64,000 bases of DNA, from NCBI GenBank assembly GCA_038247415.1, contig JBBRUX010000001.1:1-64000 (forward strand), given 5' to 3'. Under the pieces are notes generated by a model, which did no database searches, was not told the DNA's origin, and saw only the letters and a list, made by a program, of their open reading frames with translations. Each line of letters starts with the position of its first letter. The stretch's first letter is position 1. Of this stretch, positions 29,562 through 38,883 are shown piece by piece. Origin of the DNA: Chitinivibrionales bacterium (GTDB lineage: Bacteria > Fibrobacterota > Chitinivibrionia > Chitinivibrionales > WJKA01). Made by a program: the position numbers and the translations under genes.

Positions 29562-32500
29562 GCAGTGGCTCCATGACACTTTTTATACTTTTTTCCACTT
29601 CCACATGGACACGCGTCGTTTCGGCCGACCTGCTGTTCAACTCGAATAGGTGCTGCAACCGGACTATCGCTCTCACGATTGGTGATCATTGGCTGAGACC
29701 GCCGAACAGGAGCTTGCACAAGTTGATCGGTGGGTGGTTGTCCATCAGCCGAGAATGCATCAAATTCGGCATGTACTGTTTTAGCTTGATTAAGTCCCAT
29801 ACGATCCTGCTCTTGAGCAACTGCTTCGAGCCTAAAAATATAGCCCGATACATCGCGTGCAATGAGCGAACGCAATTGCTCGAACATTTTAAGACCTTCG
29901 CGTTGGTATTCAAAAAGAGGGTTTTTTTGAGCAAACGAACGATACTGCACAGCGTCTTTGAGATGATCCATTTCGTAAAGGTGGTCTTTCCAGAGGTTAT
30001 CGATAACCATTAGAAATACACCCCGCTCAAATTGACGCATGCCTTCTGAAGTGAGACGGACTTCTTTAGCTTCGTACCGCGATTTGATTGCTTTCCAGCA
30101 ATCATCAAAGAGCATATTCTGAGACATTTTTGCCGTAGTTTCGGCAGGAATGGTATAGCTTACCCCGCACGTTGCAGCAATATCGGCATAGAGTCCATCT
30201 AGATTCCATTCCTCAACATATTTTCCTTCGGCCGTAAATTTAAATATTGCATCTTCGAGCCAGGCTGCTGTTTGATCGAGAATTTCGTCGCGAACATCTT
30301 CACCTTTGAGAATGCGTTGGCGCAATCCGTAAATTTGCGTTCGCTGTAAATTCATGACATCGTCGTATTCTTTAAGGTGCTTACGTTGATCGAAGTTGCG
30401 TCCTTCGACGCGCTTCTGAGCGTTGCCAATGGCTCCTGTAACAAGCGGATGACTAATTACTTCGCCATCCTCGGCGCCAAGCCGTTCCATAATTGACGCG
30501 ATACGACCAGACCCGAAAATACGCATGAGGTCATCATCAAGCGACAAGAAGAACTTCGATGATCCTGGGTCTCCCTGACGTCCAGCACGACCGCGCAGCT
30601 GATTGTCGATACGACGTGCTTCGTGGCGTTCGGTACCAATAATATGCAAACCGCCCAGATCGATGACCTTCTGATGCTCGTCTTGAAGTTCAGTATGCAG
30701 CGCAGCATAATTTTTGCGCTTTTCGGATATTGACAAATCGTCAATCGACATGCCTTCGCGGGTAATCTGATCGTTGACCATGATGTCGAAATTACCACCC
30801 AATACAATATCTGTTCCGCGACCTGCCATGTTGGTAGCAATCGTAACGGATCCCAACCGACCAGCTTGTGCTACAATAACAGCTTCGCGTGCATGCTGTT
30901 TGGCATTAAGAACGTCGTGCTTAATACCCGCACGCGAGAGGAGTTTGCTTATGAGCTCCGATTTTTCGATGGAGGTTGTACCAACAAGGATCGGTCTACC
31001 GAGTGCATGAATCTCCTGAATCTCTTTGACAATGGCATTATACTTTTCGCGATGTGTTTTATAAATTTCATCTTCGAAGTCTTTACGCTTAAGACCCCTG
31101 TTTGTTGGAATTGTTACCACATCGAGCTTATAAATTTCGTGGAACTCGGCAGCTTCGGTAGTAGCGGTACCGGTCATACCCGATATCTTTTTGTAAATTT
31201 TGAAATAGTTCTGGAAGGTAATGGTAGCAAGCGTCTGATTCTCTCCTGCAACCTTGACGTTTTCTTTTGCTTCAAGAGCCTGATGTAAACCATCGCTATA
31301 GCGCCGTCCAACAAGAATACGCCCTGTAAATTCGTCGACAATAAGTATCTGACCATCCTGTACAACATAATCGACATCACGCTCGAAAAGCGAGAACGCA
31401 CGCAACAATTGACTCACACAATGAATCCGCTCGTTACCTTCGGCATAGGCACGATGCCGATCTTCTTTGCGCTCTGCCTTGGCAGCAGGATCGAGTGTCT
31501 CGTCATTATCGATATGAGCAACTTCTTCGGCAAGATTTGGCACAACAAAAAAGTCGGGTGTCGATCCAGAAATGAGGTCTCTTCCTTTTTCGGTAAGCTC
31601 GGCAGAATGTCCGGATTCGTCCATGACATAATAGAGCTCTTCATCGATCTCATGTAGTTTACGCTCACGAAGGTAGTCGGTCTCCACCGTTTTCATAATC
31701 CGACTTACACCAGCTTCTTTAATGAGCTTGACAAGCTTCTTATTTTTAGGAGATCCACGTTGCACTGTAAGCAATTTAAACCCAGCTTCGTACTCCTTGT
31801 CTTTATCGGCAAGAAGTTTTTCGGCCTCGTCGATTACTTTTTGCACAAGCTGAATTTGCGCTGCAACAACTTTTGCAACACGCGGACGGAGCTCTTCGTA
31901 TTCTCGATTGTTTTTTGTTACGGGCCCAGAAATAATAAGCGGAGTTCTTGCCTCGTCAACAAGAATATTATCGACTTCGTCGATAATGGCATAATTAAGT
32001 TCCCGCTGTACACAATGATTGGGCGACCCAGCCATGTTATCGCGCAGGTAATCGAATCCGAATTCATTATTAGTACCATAGGTAATGTCGGCATTATATG
32101 CTTGTCGGCGTTCGGTCGATCCTGGTTCTGTGAGATCGAGACACCCTACGGTCAAACCTAAATAAGAAAAAACACGACCCATCCACGAAGAGTCGCGACG
32201 AGCAAGGTAATCGTTGACCGTAATAACATGTACGCCTTTGCCAGACAATGCATTGAGGTATGCTGCAAGCAGCGCTACCTGGGTTTTTCCTTCACCCGTT
32301 TTCATTTCTGAAATTTTGCCCTGATGCAAAGTAATACCACCCATTATTTGCACATCAAAATGGGCCATGTAGAAAATATTCTTGCCCACAGCATCTGTTA
32401 GAACGCGCTTTTCACCCAGCACGCGATGCGTTGCCTCACGTACAACCGCAAATGCTTCTGGCAGAAGATCGTCAAGGGTTGTTCCCTGAGCAATCCGTTG

Positions 32501-32656
32501 CCGAAACTCAATAGTCTTAGCGGCTAATGCTTCATCGGATAAGGCTGCCACCGATTCACGTTGGCCATTCACGGCAACCACAAGAGGCGCCAGTTTTTTA
32601 ACATCCCTATCTGTTTTGCTCCCAAAAACTTTTCCAATAATCTCTATCAGTTGCAT
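29558..32656 (-). CDS. secA: Preprotein translocase ATPase SecA (long FCB-type form)
   Basis: [45 protein letters not shown] and SEC-C tail [13 protein letters not shown]. Confidence 0.98.
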   Translation of the reverse strand: MQLIEIIGKVFGSKTDRDVKKLAPLVVAVNGQRESVAALSDEALAAKTIEFRQRIAQGTTLDDLLPEAFAVVREATHRVLGEKRVLTDAVGKNIFYMAHFDVQIMGGITLHQGKISEMKTGEGKTQVALLAAYLNALSGKGVHVITVNDYLARRDSSWMGRVFSYLGLTVGCLDLTEPGSTERRQAYNADITYGTNNEFGFDYLRDNMAGSPNHCVQRELNYAIIDEVDNILVDEARTPLIISGPVTKNNREYEELRPRVAKVVAAQIQLVQKVIDEAEKLLADKDKEYEAGFKLLTVQRGSPKNKKLVKLIKEAGVSRIMKTVETDYLRERKLHEIDEELYYVMDESGHSAELTEKGRDLISGSTPDFFVVPNLAEEVAHIDNDETLDPAAKAERKEDRHRAYAEGNERIHCVSQLLRAFSLFERDVDYVVQDGQILIVDEFTGRILVGRRYSDGLHQALEAKENVKVAGENQTLATITFQNYFKIYKKISGMTGTATTEAAEFHEIYKLDVVTIPTNRGLKRKDFEDEIYKTHREKYNAIVKEIQEIHALGRPILVGTTSIEKSELISKLLSRAGIKHDVLNAKQHAREAVIVAQAGRLGSVTIATNMAGRGTDIVLGGNFDIMVNDQITREGMSIDDLSISEKRKNYAALHTELQDEHQKVIDLGGLHIIGTERHEARRIDNQLRGRAGRQGDPGSSKFFLSLDDDLMRIFGSGRIASIMERLGAEDGEVISHPLVTGAIGNAQKRVEGRNFDQRKHLKEYDDVMNLQRTQIYGLRQRILKGEDVRDEILDQTAAWLEDAIFKFTAEGKYVEEWNLDGLYADIAATCGVSYTIPAETTAKMSQNMLFDDCWKAIKSRYEAKEVRLTSEGMRQFERGVFLMVIDNLWKDHLYEMDHLKDAVQYRSFAQKNPLFEYQREGLKMFEQLRSLIARDVSGYIFRLEAVAQEQDRMGLNQAKTVHAEFDAFSADGQPPTDQLVQAPVRRSQPMITNRESDSPVAAPIRVEQQVGRNDACPCGSGKKYKKCHGATA

Positions 32657-32657
32657 G

Positions 32658-33245
32658 TCATTTCCTGTCTAAAGTACAATCGCGTATTACAATATTTAAA
32701 ATGGGCTCATTCTTCAAAATTCTATTAAGCTCTTTTTTGACAAGAGGCGCTAAAACTGCTGGTTTCATCTCCGAGAGCGCTAGCTTCCCCACTGAACCAA
32801 CAATCAGACCTCGTAATTCTTCCCTTTTAAAGAGAATCTCCTTGCGTCGGTTCACATCAGAGAATTGACAATCAACATTCATCACTATCGAGAGATCGGG
32901 CCGATCGAAAACAACACTGCGAACGGCAGCGAATGTTATGGTTTGCAAAGGCTTTGCGAAAGACATGGTATCGACAATTGAAACAGGCGCAGCCGCAGGG
33001 CCTTGCTCTGGCTTATGCATTACCCCACCCGGCATACTATCAGTGCTCGAAGCGGCTGCGACACTTTGGTTGGCAGGTTTGGTCTTAGGAGTCCATCGCT
33101 GCAAAACACTTTTTAAACCATGCATCGGCAGTGCGTCTCGATTATTATAAACCACAATCCCCGCAAGACAGAGCACTACTACACTGATTATAATTCGCCT
33201 GACACCCTGCTTTTTTTTACTTTGTTCCCATGATGGCTCGTTCAT
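32658..33245 (-). CDS. FliL-like single-pass membrane protein
   Basis: N-terminal TM and linker. C-terminal [13 protein letters not shown]...[22 protein letters not shown] follows the FliL C-domain pattern. Confidence 0.55.
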   Translation of the reverse strand: MNEPSWEQSKKKQGVRRIIISVVVLCLAGIVVYNNRDALPMHGLKSVLQRWTPKTKPANQSVAAASSTDSMPGGVMHKPEQGPAAAPVSIVDTMSFAKPLQTITFAAVRSVVFDRPDLSIVMNVDCQFSDVNRRKEILFKREELRGLIVGSVGKLALSEMKPAVLAPLVKKELNRILKNEPILNIVIRDCTLDRK

Positions 33246-33252
33246 GCGAAAT

Positions 33253-33585
33253 TTACTCTCGCCCAATTTCACCCACGATACCACATTTTAATTCAACACC
33301 TTTAGAGTAGGCATCGACAAGCGCATTAATGCTTGCATGCATTTCAGGCGATACCTCAATAAATTCTAAACCCACCCGGTAGCCATCTAATCGGGATGTT
33401 GTATGCCGAACAATTGCTTTGCACACGATAGCATTAAGCTTAACGGTTACAAAAGCCCCAACTTCAAGATTTTTTGTGAACAGACACGCAACGCCATGTG
33501 AGCTTAAATCAAAAAAATTCAACTGATTGTCAACCAGATCGATATTCTCGACCCGCTCTTCGACTCGATCAGATTCTGAATTCAT
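33253..33585 (-). CDS. Stand-alone PilZ domain protein
   Basis: RxxxR (RVEER), DxSxxG (DLSSHG) and GLEF motifs. Confidence 0.85.
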   Translation of the reverse strand: MNSESDRVEERVENIDLVDNQLNFFDLSSHGVACLFTKNLEVGAFVTVKLNAIVCKAIVRHTTSRLDGYRVGLEFIEVSPEMHASINALVDAYSKGVELKCGIVGEIGRE

Positions 33586-33617
33586 AGTCGACTCCTTGTC
33601 GATACATCAGTATTGAT

Positions 33618-34688
33618 TTACGACTGCCCCTCAAATGCGAAGGGGAAGACTACTTCCACAGGCCCGCCCCCGCTTATGGGGGTAAACATCCATCGTTGCA
33701 CAAACCTTACAACCATGTCCTCAAATTCGGGGTTATTCATGGTTGATTTAGCAATGGAAACACTTGCCACAGCGCCGGTTGGCAAAATAGTAAAGCGAAT
33801 TTTTATCTGACCTTTAAGCTCGGGATCTTGCTTAAGCCTATTTTCGTAGATGCGTATAAGCCGAACCTTTTCACGATCGATCACTTTTTGAATAGAGGCC
33901 ATTGAACGTTCTTCGGAAGAAGCAGATTCGCCCTTGATTTCTGGCGGTGCACTACTGGTAATATTAACACTGCCACCAGCTACGATACTTCCTCCCGATG
34001 CGCGACCAATTGCCGATTGACTGAGCACAACACCACTTGTTTTTGCACCTCGACTTTCCTTAATATCGGATGCGCTTATCCCGCGCGAAGCCGCAGCAAA
34101 GGTACCCTTAGATACCTTAAGATTTTGCAAATCGGCTATGCCATCTCCATTTGCAGCCCCCAGTAAATCGTTTACCCTACCACCACCACCGCCGTTTGCG
34201 GTTGCCGTTATTGCAGCAAATATCCCAGTTGATTGTACTTGCGCTGCAACTTGTTGACGAACCGATTCGCGCGTTGCGCTGCTTGCTACCCGACGGGTTT
34301 CTCGCTCTTTGAATGTTTCTTTTTCTCTGTCAACAGGGGCAGCTTCGGCTGGCTTCTCTTCGGTAGTTTGTGCCTGCTCTTGCGCCTTTGGCGTTATTTC
34401 TGTTGGATTTGGAATTTCTTGAGGCTTTGGCACGGGTTGATTAAGCACGATGCTTGCATAACGCTCTTGAAGCTTAAGAATTTGAGCATCGGTCATTACA
34501 TCGGATTGTTTACGAAAAGAAAGAAGATACACCGATAACCCTACAACAAGAAGCGAAATGCCAAAAAGGAGCACAAAACGAGGCTCAACCTTCCCAAATA
34601 GGCGCGACCGTAACTCACGTGGAAAGCTCGTAGGCTGTCCAGCTGCAGCGTTCTGCATGAGAAAAATGCCAGTAGAATCGCTTGCCAT
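33618..34688 (-). CDS. TonB-like energy transducer with AgmX/PglI (GltG/GltJ-type) C-terminal domain
   Basis: TM, Pro/Glu-rich and Gly-rich linker, C-terminal YENRLKQDPELKGQIKIRFTILPTG.V...STMNNPEFE...RW.F...V.FPF.F. Confidence 0.85.
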   Translation of the reverse strand: MASDSTGIFLMQNAAAGQPTSFPRELRSRLFGKVEPRFVLLFGISLLVVGLSVYLLSFRKQSDVMTDAQILKLQERYASIVLNQPVPKPQEIPNPTEITPKAQEQAQTTEEKPAEAAPVDREKETFKERETRRVASSATRESVRQQVAAQVQSTGIFAAITATANGGGGGRVNDLLGAANGDGIADLQNLKVSKGTFAAASRGISASDIKESRGAKTSGVVLSQSAIGRASGGSIVAGGSVNITSSAPPEIKGESASSEERSMASIQKVIDREKVRLIRIYENRLKQDPELKGQIKIRFTILPTGAVASVSIAKSTMNNPEFEDMVVRFVQRWMFTPISGGGPVEVVFPFAFEGQS

Positions 34689-34693
34689 GGCTC

Positions 34694-35194
34694 CTATTTC
34701 CGATATACTACCAGGTTCATATTAGGAAACCCGGCCTGCCCGCAGGTATACATAACACGGGTCAGGATATTATAAGGAATTTCTTCGTCACCCTGAATCG
34801 AAATTTTTCCAGAAAATTCGGTTTTAAACATTGCAGCCGATTTACGCGATTCAACTTCAAATTTTTTAAGAACGTCATACAGCGGCGCAATCATAAAATC
34901 TTTTTGCAGTGTAAGTTGTTCAAAACCTGCAGCGTCAATAACGGTGGCATTTTCTACCATGATAGAATTTTGTGACACCTTTACAGACAATGCTTCCTGC
35001 GCGATTGTTTCGACGCTGGACTTGGGAAGCATAAGCCCTTGCGCAGGAGTAACCATTTGCCCTTGAGACGAATAGTTTTGCAGCAAAAACACAACCATGA
35101 GGGTGAACATGTCAATCATGGAGGTGATATTGAGTTTTACTGTCCCATCACCCTTGCGACGGCCTCTGCCGCGTTGCGTACGAGAACTCGGCAT
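34694..35194 (-). CDS. exbD: ExbD/TolR family protein (AglS-like)
   Basis: LNITSMIDMFTLMVVFLL TM with conserved Asp, LPKS, IQGDEEIPY..L..VM.TCGQAGF. Confidence 0.9.
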   Translation of the reverse strand: MPSSRTQRGRGRRKGDGTVKLNITSMIDMFTLMVVFLLQNYSSQGQMVTPAQGLMLPKSSVETIAQEALSVKVSQNSIMVENATVIDAAGFEQLTLQKDFMIAPLYDVLKKFEVESRKSAAMFKTEFSGKISIQGDEEIPYNILTRVMYTCGQAGFPNMNLVVYRK

Positions 35195-36492
35195 TATTGA
35201 ACGATCCCTCCGGCTATCGACACATTCGGAAAGAGCGTAACAACCCCGCCATCGGTTTTAGCCCCGCGGGCAGCATCCATTACTGCAACAACGGTCTGAT
35301 ATTTGATCTTTTCTTCGGCAACAATTTTTATCGATTCATTGTCGGGAAAAGTCGTAGAACCGCTCAAATCTTTTGAAATATACGCCTTGTAAAGTTCTAT
35401 GAGGGTGGCATCGGGCCCCACCGTGAAATACGCTTTGTCAATTTCATAGAGTGCTTTGCGCTTCACCTCGCACAGAGCCTTGTTGAGCGCTTCTAAATCG
35501 TATTTTCCATCCGATAAAAGCGGGATGTCTGGTTCACCAGGAGCCTGGGATCCTGCCTTACTGGCTTCGGTTTTATAATAATGAAAAAGATTAAAACCTT
35601 TGGCAGTAATAACTACTCCAACTTCAAGCTTTGTTTCCAGTGCAGCTACCGAAGACCCGCCACCACCACCACCCGAAGCTTCGGGCAATTTGAGCTCGAT
35701 GCTTCCAATTTTTACAAATTCTGATGAAGTAAGCAACACGGGGATAAGAATAACCATAAGGTTGAGCATGGGCGTAACGTCTGCATCAGCAGCTTCTTCT
35801 TCGCCACTACTGCGCCTGGTGAGTGTGATCTGTTTTTTCTGATTAAACTCGGGTGGATTGAGAATATTGAGAATCGCAACAGCATACCGATCGATCTCAA
35901 CCAGAACAGCATCTACGCGTGCTCGTAAAAAAGCATACGCAACAACGCATAAAACAGAAATCGTCAAGCCAACAAGGGTAGAATTCATTGCCGCAGAAAT
36001 ACCCGCAGCAAGCAATGCAGATTTTTCTGTTGCTTCTATGTTAGGTTGGCTCACTGCAGAAAAAGACATTATCAGACCAAAAACAGTTCCAAGGAGTCCA
36101 AAGAGTGTCGAGACATTCCCAAACATTACCATTATGCCCAAATGTCGTTCGAGGGCTGCATTCATATGGGTAGACTCTTCGGACATTGCCCCCATGACAA
36201 GTTCGGGAGATTCCTTAGACTTTTTTATACCCGAAGCAAGAATGCGCGGAAGAGCCCGTTTTCCCCCTGCGGCACATACCTGATAGGCTCCATCGATATT
36301 TTTTTCGTAGACAAGTTTCTTGACCTTATCAAAAAGTGCCAGAGCATCGTAGTCGGAGTAGGCTCCAATTGCTAGCCATCGTTCGAGGGTAATTAAGGCC
36401 CCAATAATACCAATAACCGCCAGACACCACATGAATATGAAGGCATCATGACTAGGGAAAAAACATTTGGCAAGTTCGGGAAGAAAATCCAT
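35194..36492 (-). CDS. ExbB/TolQ::ExbD/TolR fusion protein (AglR-AglQ-like)
   Basis: Residues 1-210 are MotA/TolQ/ExbB-like (GNVSTLFGLLGTVFGLI, GISAAMNST). After about 25 aa of linker comes an ExbD-like part (DVTPMLNLMVILIPVLL...LKLP...IVAEEKIKYQTVVAVMDAAR). One uninterrupted ORF. Confidence 0.88.
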   Translation of the reverse strand: MDFLPELAKCFFPSHDAFIFMWCLAVIGIIGALITLERWLAIGAYSDYDALALFDKVKKLVYEKNIDGAYQVCAAGGKRALPRILASGIKKSKESPELVMGAMSEESTHMNAALERHLGIMVMFGNVSTLFGLLGTVFGLIMSFSAVSQPNIEATEKSALLAAGISAAMNSTLVGLTISVLCVVAYAFLRARVDAVLVEIDRYAVAILNILNPPEFNQKKQITLTRRSSGEEEAADADVTPMLNLMVILIPVLLTSSEFVKIGSIELKLPEASGGGGGGSSVAALETKLEVGVVITAKGFNLFHYYKTEASKAGSQAPGEPDIPLLSDGKYDLEALNKALCEVKRKALYEIDKAYFTVGPDATLIELYKAYISKDLSGSTTFPDNESIKIVAEEKIKYQTVVAVMDAARGAKTDGGVVTLFPNVSIAGGIVQ

Positions 36493-36509
36493 GTGATATC
36501 AGATCCGTT

Positions 36510-36532
36510 GCGTCATGACAATGTCATGCCGC
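36510..36532 (-). other. Intergenic hairpin between exbB and the exbB::exbD fusion
   Basis: GCG-T-CATGAC-AAT-GTCATG-C-CGC on the plus strand, no U-tract. Confidence 0.45.
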
Positions 36533-36535
36533 GTG

Positions 36536-37303
36536 TCAGATGTTTACTTCTTTAATGAGCTTATTGTCGGTAAAAATCTTGATATTATTATGCGTCACAT
36601 GAATACCAACACCTTCTTTAAGCTGTGTTGCTGCAATATGGTATTTATGTGTTTTATACGATTTTTCGACAAGTGCATTAACCACCCGCAATGAGTGCTC
36701 ATCGAGCTCATCGATAATCTTTTGTGTTTTTGCCTTGATAAGAGCAAAAATCATGATTGCTGTAATAGCAACCGAGAGTCCCGAAAATGTTGAATTCATA
36801 GCAGTAGCAATACCAGCAGCCAAAAGCTCGGACTTTTGCGCAGCATCGATACCAGGTCGTCCCACAGCGGCAAACGACATGATAAGACCATACACGGTAC
36901 CAAGCAGCCCGAGCAAGGTTGCAACGTTTCCTATCACGGCGAGATAGCCAGTTCGTTTTTCGAGCTCGGGAATAATTCGGAGCATTCCTTCATCAATCGC
37001 GTTGCGAATTCTATCGGCACCAGAGTTTGCCTCGTCAAGGCCGGCTTTAACAACACCCGACAGTGCCATTTTTCCTGCCTTGCCGCAAATCTTGAGAGCT
37101 CCGGGTATATCGTCTTTTTCGATTGACGAAAGAATATTCTTCATAAAAAGGTCTGCTTTGTAGCCCGAGCGGGACATAAGATACAAAAGCCGTTCAACAG
37201 CAATCGAAAAGCAAAATACGCCTACAACCAAAATCGACCACATAAAAAGAAAGGCATCAGATTTTGGATTAAATGAAGCAAAAAGTTTTCCAACGAATTC
37301 CAT
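36536..37303 (-). CDS. exbB: MotA/TolQ/ExbB proton channel protein (AglR-like) with about 40 aa C-terminal extension
   Basis: AVERL, LEKRTGYL..IGNVATLLGLLGTVYGLI.SF, GIATAMNST. GGAGG RBS. Confidence 0.92.
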   Translation of the reverse strand: MEFVGKLFASFNPKSDAFLFMWSILVVGVFCFSIAVERLLYLMSRSGYKADLFMKNILSSIEKDDIPGALKICGKAGKMALSGVVKAGLDEANSGADRIRNAIDEGMLRIIPELEKRTGYLAVIGNVATLLGLLGTVYGLIMSFAAVGRPGIDAAQKSELLAAGIATAMNSTFSGLSVAITAIMIFALIKAKTQKIIDELDEHSLRVVNALVEKSYKTHKYHIAATQLKEGVGIHVTHNNIKIFTDNKLIKEVNI

Positions 37304-37526
37304 TCGGTTCCTCCGTATTGTTCCACGCTTATATGATCAGATGATCAAAACCGTTATAGTGGCTCGAGACTCAAGGGCTTATTACTCTAAAACATATAAT
37401 AATATATATCAGGTAAAGAATATACTACTTTGGATAGGTAGAAAGCACATGGAAAATACTTTCTCATTGACGCGTTGAATATCTATTATGAAAAAGTATG
37501 CGCAAGCCGGCTAAACCATGACGGAA

Positions 37527-37859
37527 TTAGGGCTGATAATTTGATATGGCTCGACCAGAAAACTGGAAGGCGCCATCATATGAAGATTTCTGCAACACAG
37601 AAGGATCAACAAAATCCACAATATTTCCGCCTTTTCCAAGACTTTGAATAACCATCGGCGCAAACTCGGGACGCTGATCGGCCTTAATGAGCACAAGCTG
37701 AGGGCGACGGATTTTCCCTTCGATTTTCTGCTCTTCAAAAACAAGCTTTTTAACAGACTTACCTGAGGTTGTGGCACCAAGAGCGCCAAAGCTTGCCCCG
37801 AGCATGCTCAAACAGACAAAAAAATATTTAAGCGCAAATTGGTTTTTGGGAAAATTCAT
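37527..37859 (-). CDS. Small secreted protein, CglF/GltF-like
   Basis: Signal peptide, then KKLVFEEQKIEGKIRRPQ, resembling the GltF F....IEG...KP motif. First gene of the motor operon. Confidence 0.55.
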   Translation of the reverse strand: MNFPKNQFALKYFFVCLSMLGASFGALGATTSGKSVKKLVFEEQKIEGKIRRPQLVLIKADQRPEFAPMVIQSLGKGGNIVDFVDPSVLQKSSYDGAFQFSGRAISNYQP

Positions 37860-38030
37860 GGATCAATCCAAATGAAAATGATCTAGGATTATATTTTTAA
37901 AGTATACATTATGTGCACCTCAATAAATCTATTCAAAAATGACTTTTTTTTACCTTTTCCTCCTAAAATGTCCTTTTAATCTGATCAGGTACCGATTTAT
38001 CAAACTCTGCCAGATTTTTTGCAAGCGGGG

Positions 38031-38681
38031 CTATTTGCAATTCGTCAATTGCTTTCGCAGTACAAAGATTAGCCCTGCAATCCCTACCACAAATGCTCCC
38101 TCAAAGCGAGTAGCGGTTACAAGCATTGCAAGGGCAAGCAACCCAACAATGTGCCGAGTAGAGGGCTTGCGATCATCGGTTTTAATAAAAATAATCCCAA
38201 AGAATATATTTACAAATGCCTAAAGCAAGTGTTCCATACCCGAAAACACATTAGGTAAATAGGGACTTAGGGCAACTATTGCTGCAAGTAAACTAAATCT
38301 CATAAGCGCTGATAGTTTAATGAAGCTAAAAAGCATATCACACAAGAGTAAGAACGCACATCCGAAAAAACAATTGAGCACGAAAGGAAATAGCACCCCA
38401 TCAATCCCAAATCGATACGGCAGAGAAAGTATAAGCGGCCATAAAATTGACGAGGACGCTGAAGAAAACTCCCCCGGGGCAATGCCCCAGATGCCAGAAA
38501 GCGCCACATTTCGAGCTATTGTCAGATGAATATAAGGATCATCGAGCGCGTAAACAAAAATGCCATTGCAAGAGCTTATAATTTTTACATAGAGGTAAAC
38601 CGTGAACAAAAGGAAAATTGTGCACACCGCACCCCATGGAATCCATGAATAGCCTTGACCATTAATTTTTTCAGATGTCAT
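38031..38681 (-). pseudogene. Truncated polytopic membrane protein (GT-C/ArnT-like glycosyltransferase N-terminus) with an internal amber stop
   Basis: YALDDPYIH..IARN, SSSILW, SGMEHLL* followed in frame by ...LVTATRFEGAF...* (TRxEG motif). TAG at 38220-38222, ends at 38031. Confidence 0.7.
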
Positions 38682-38815
38682 GAATTATCCTAAAAAGAAT
38701 GTGCATCTTTCACGCTTGCACTGTATCACTTTACTCAACGAATAGAGCAATCTGCATTTTTTAAAGAAATTAGGTAACTTTCAGCATGCTTGCACCAACA
38801 ACTTTCAATACCAAT

Positions 38816-38841
38816 AAAAAAAGGCGCGAAGATCTCGCGCC
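38816..38841 (-). terminator. Rho-independent terminator
   Basis: GGCGCGA-GATCT-TCGCGCC plus T7 on the minus strand after 38884. Confidence 0.8.
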
Positions 38842-38883
38842 CGCAGGTCCCATCACACTTCCAAATTCAATGTAATTACTTAC

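Noticed and set aside
37495..37535. CGCAAGCCGGCTAAACC, reminiscent of a c-di-GMP-I riboswitch segment
   Set aside because: It is on the strand opposite the genes, and the GCAAACC...GAAA...GGGACGCAAA P2 architecture is missing.
19138..38222. Two in-frame TAG codons suggesting amber recoding (pyrrolysine or an alternative code)
   Set aside because: They fall at different expected residues (Trp in rhuM, probably Gln in the GT-like gene). Both genes are also truncated, and TAG ends many intact genes here (pilN, pilM, fliJ, wza).
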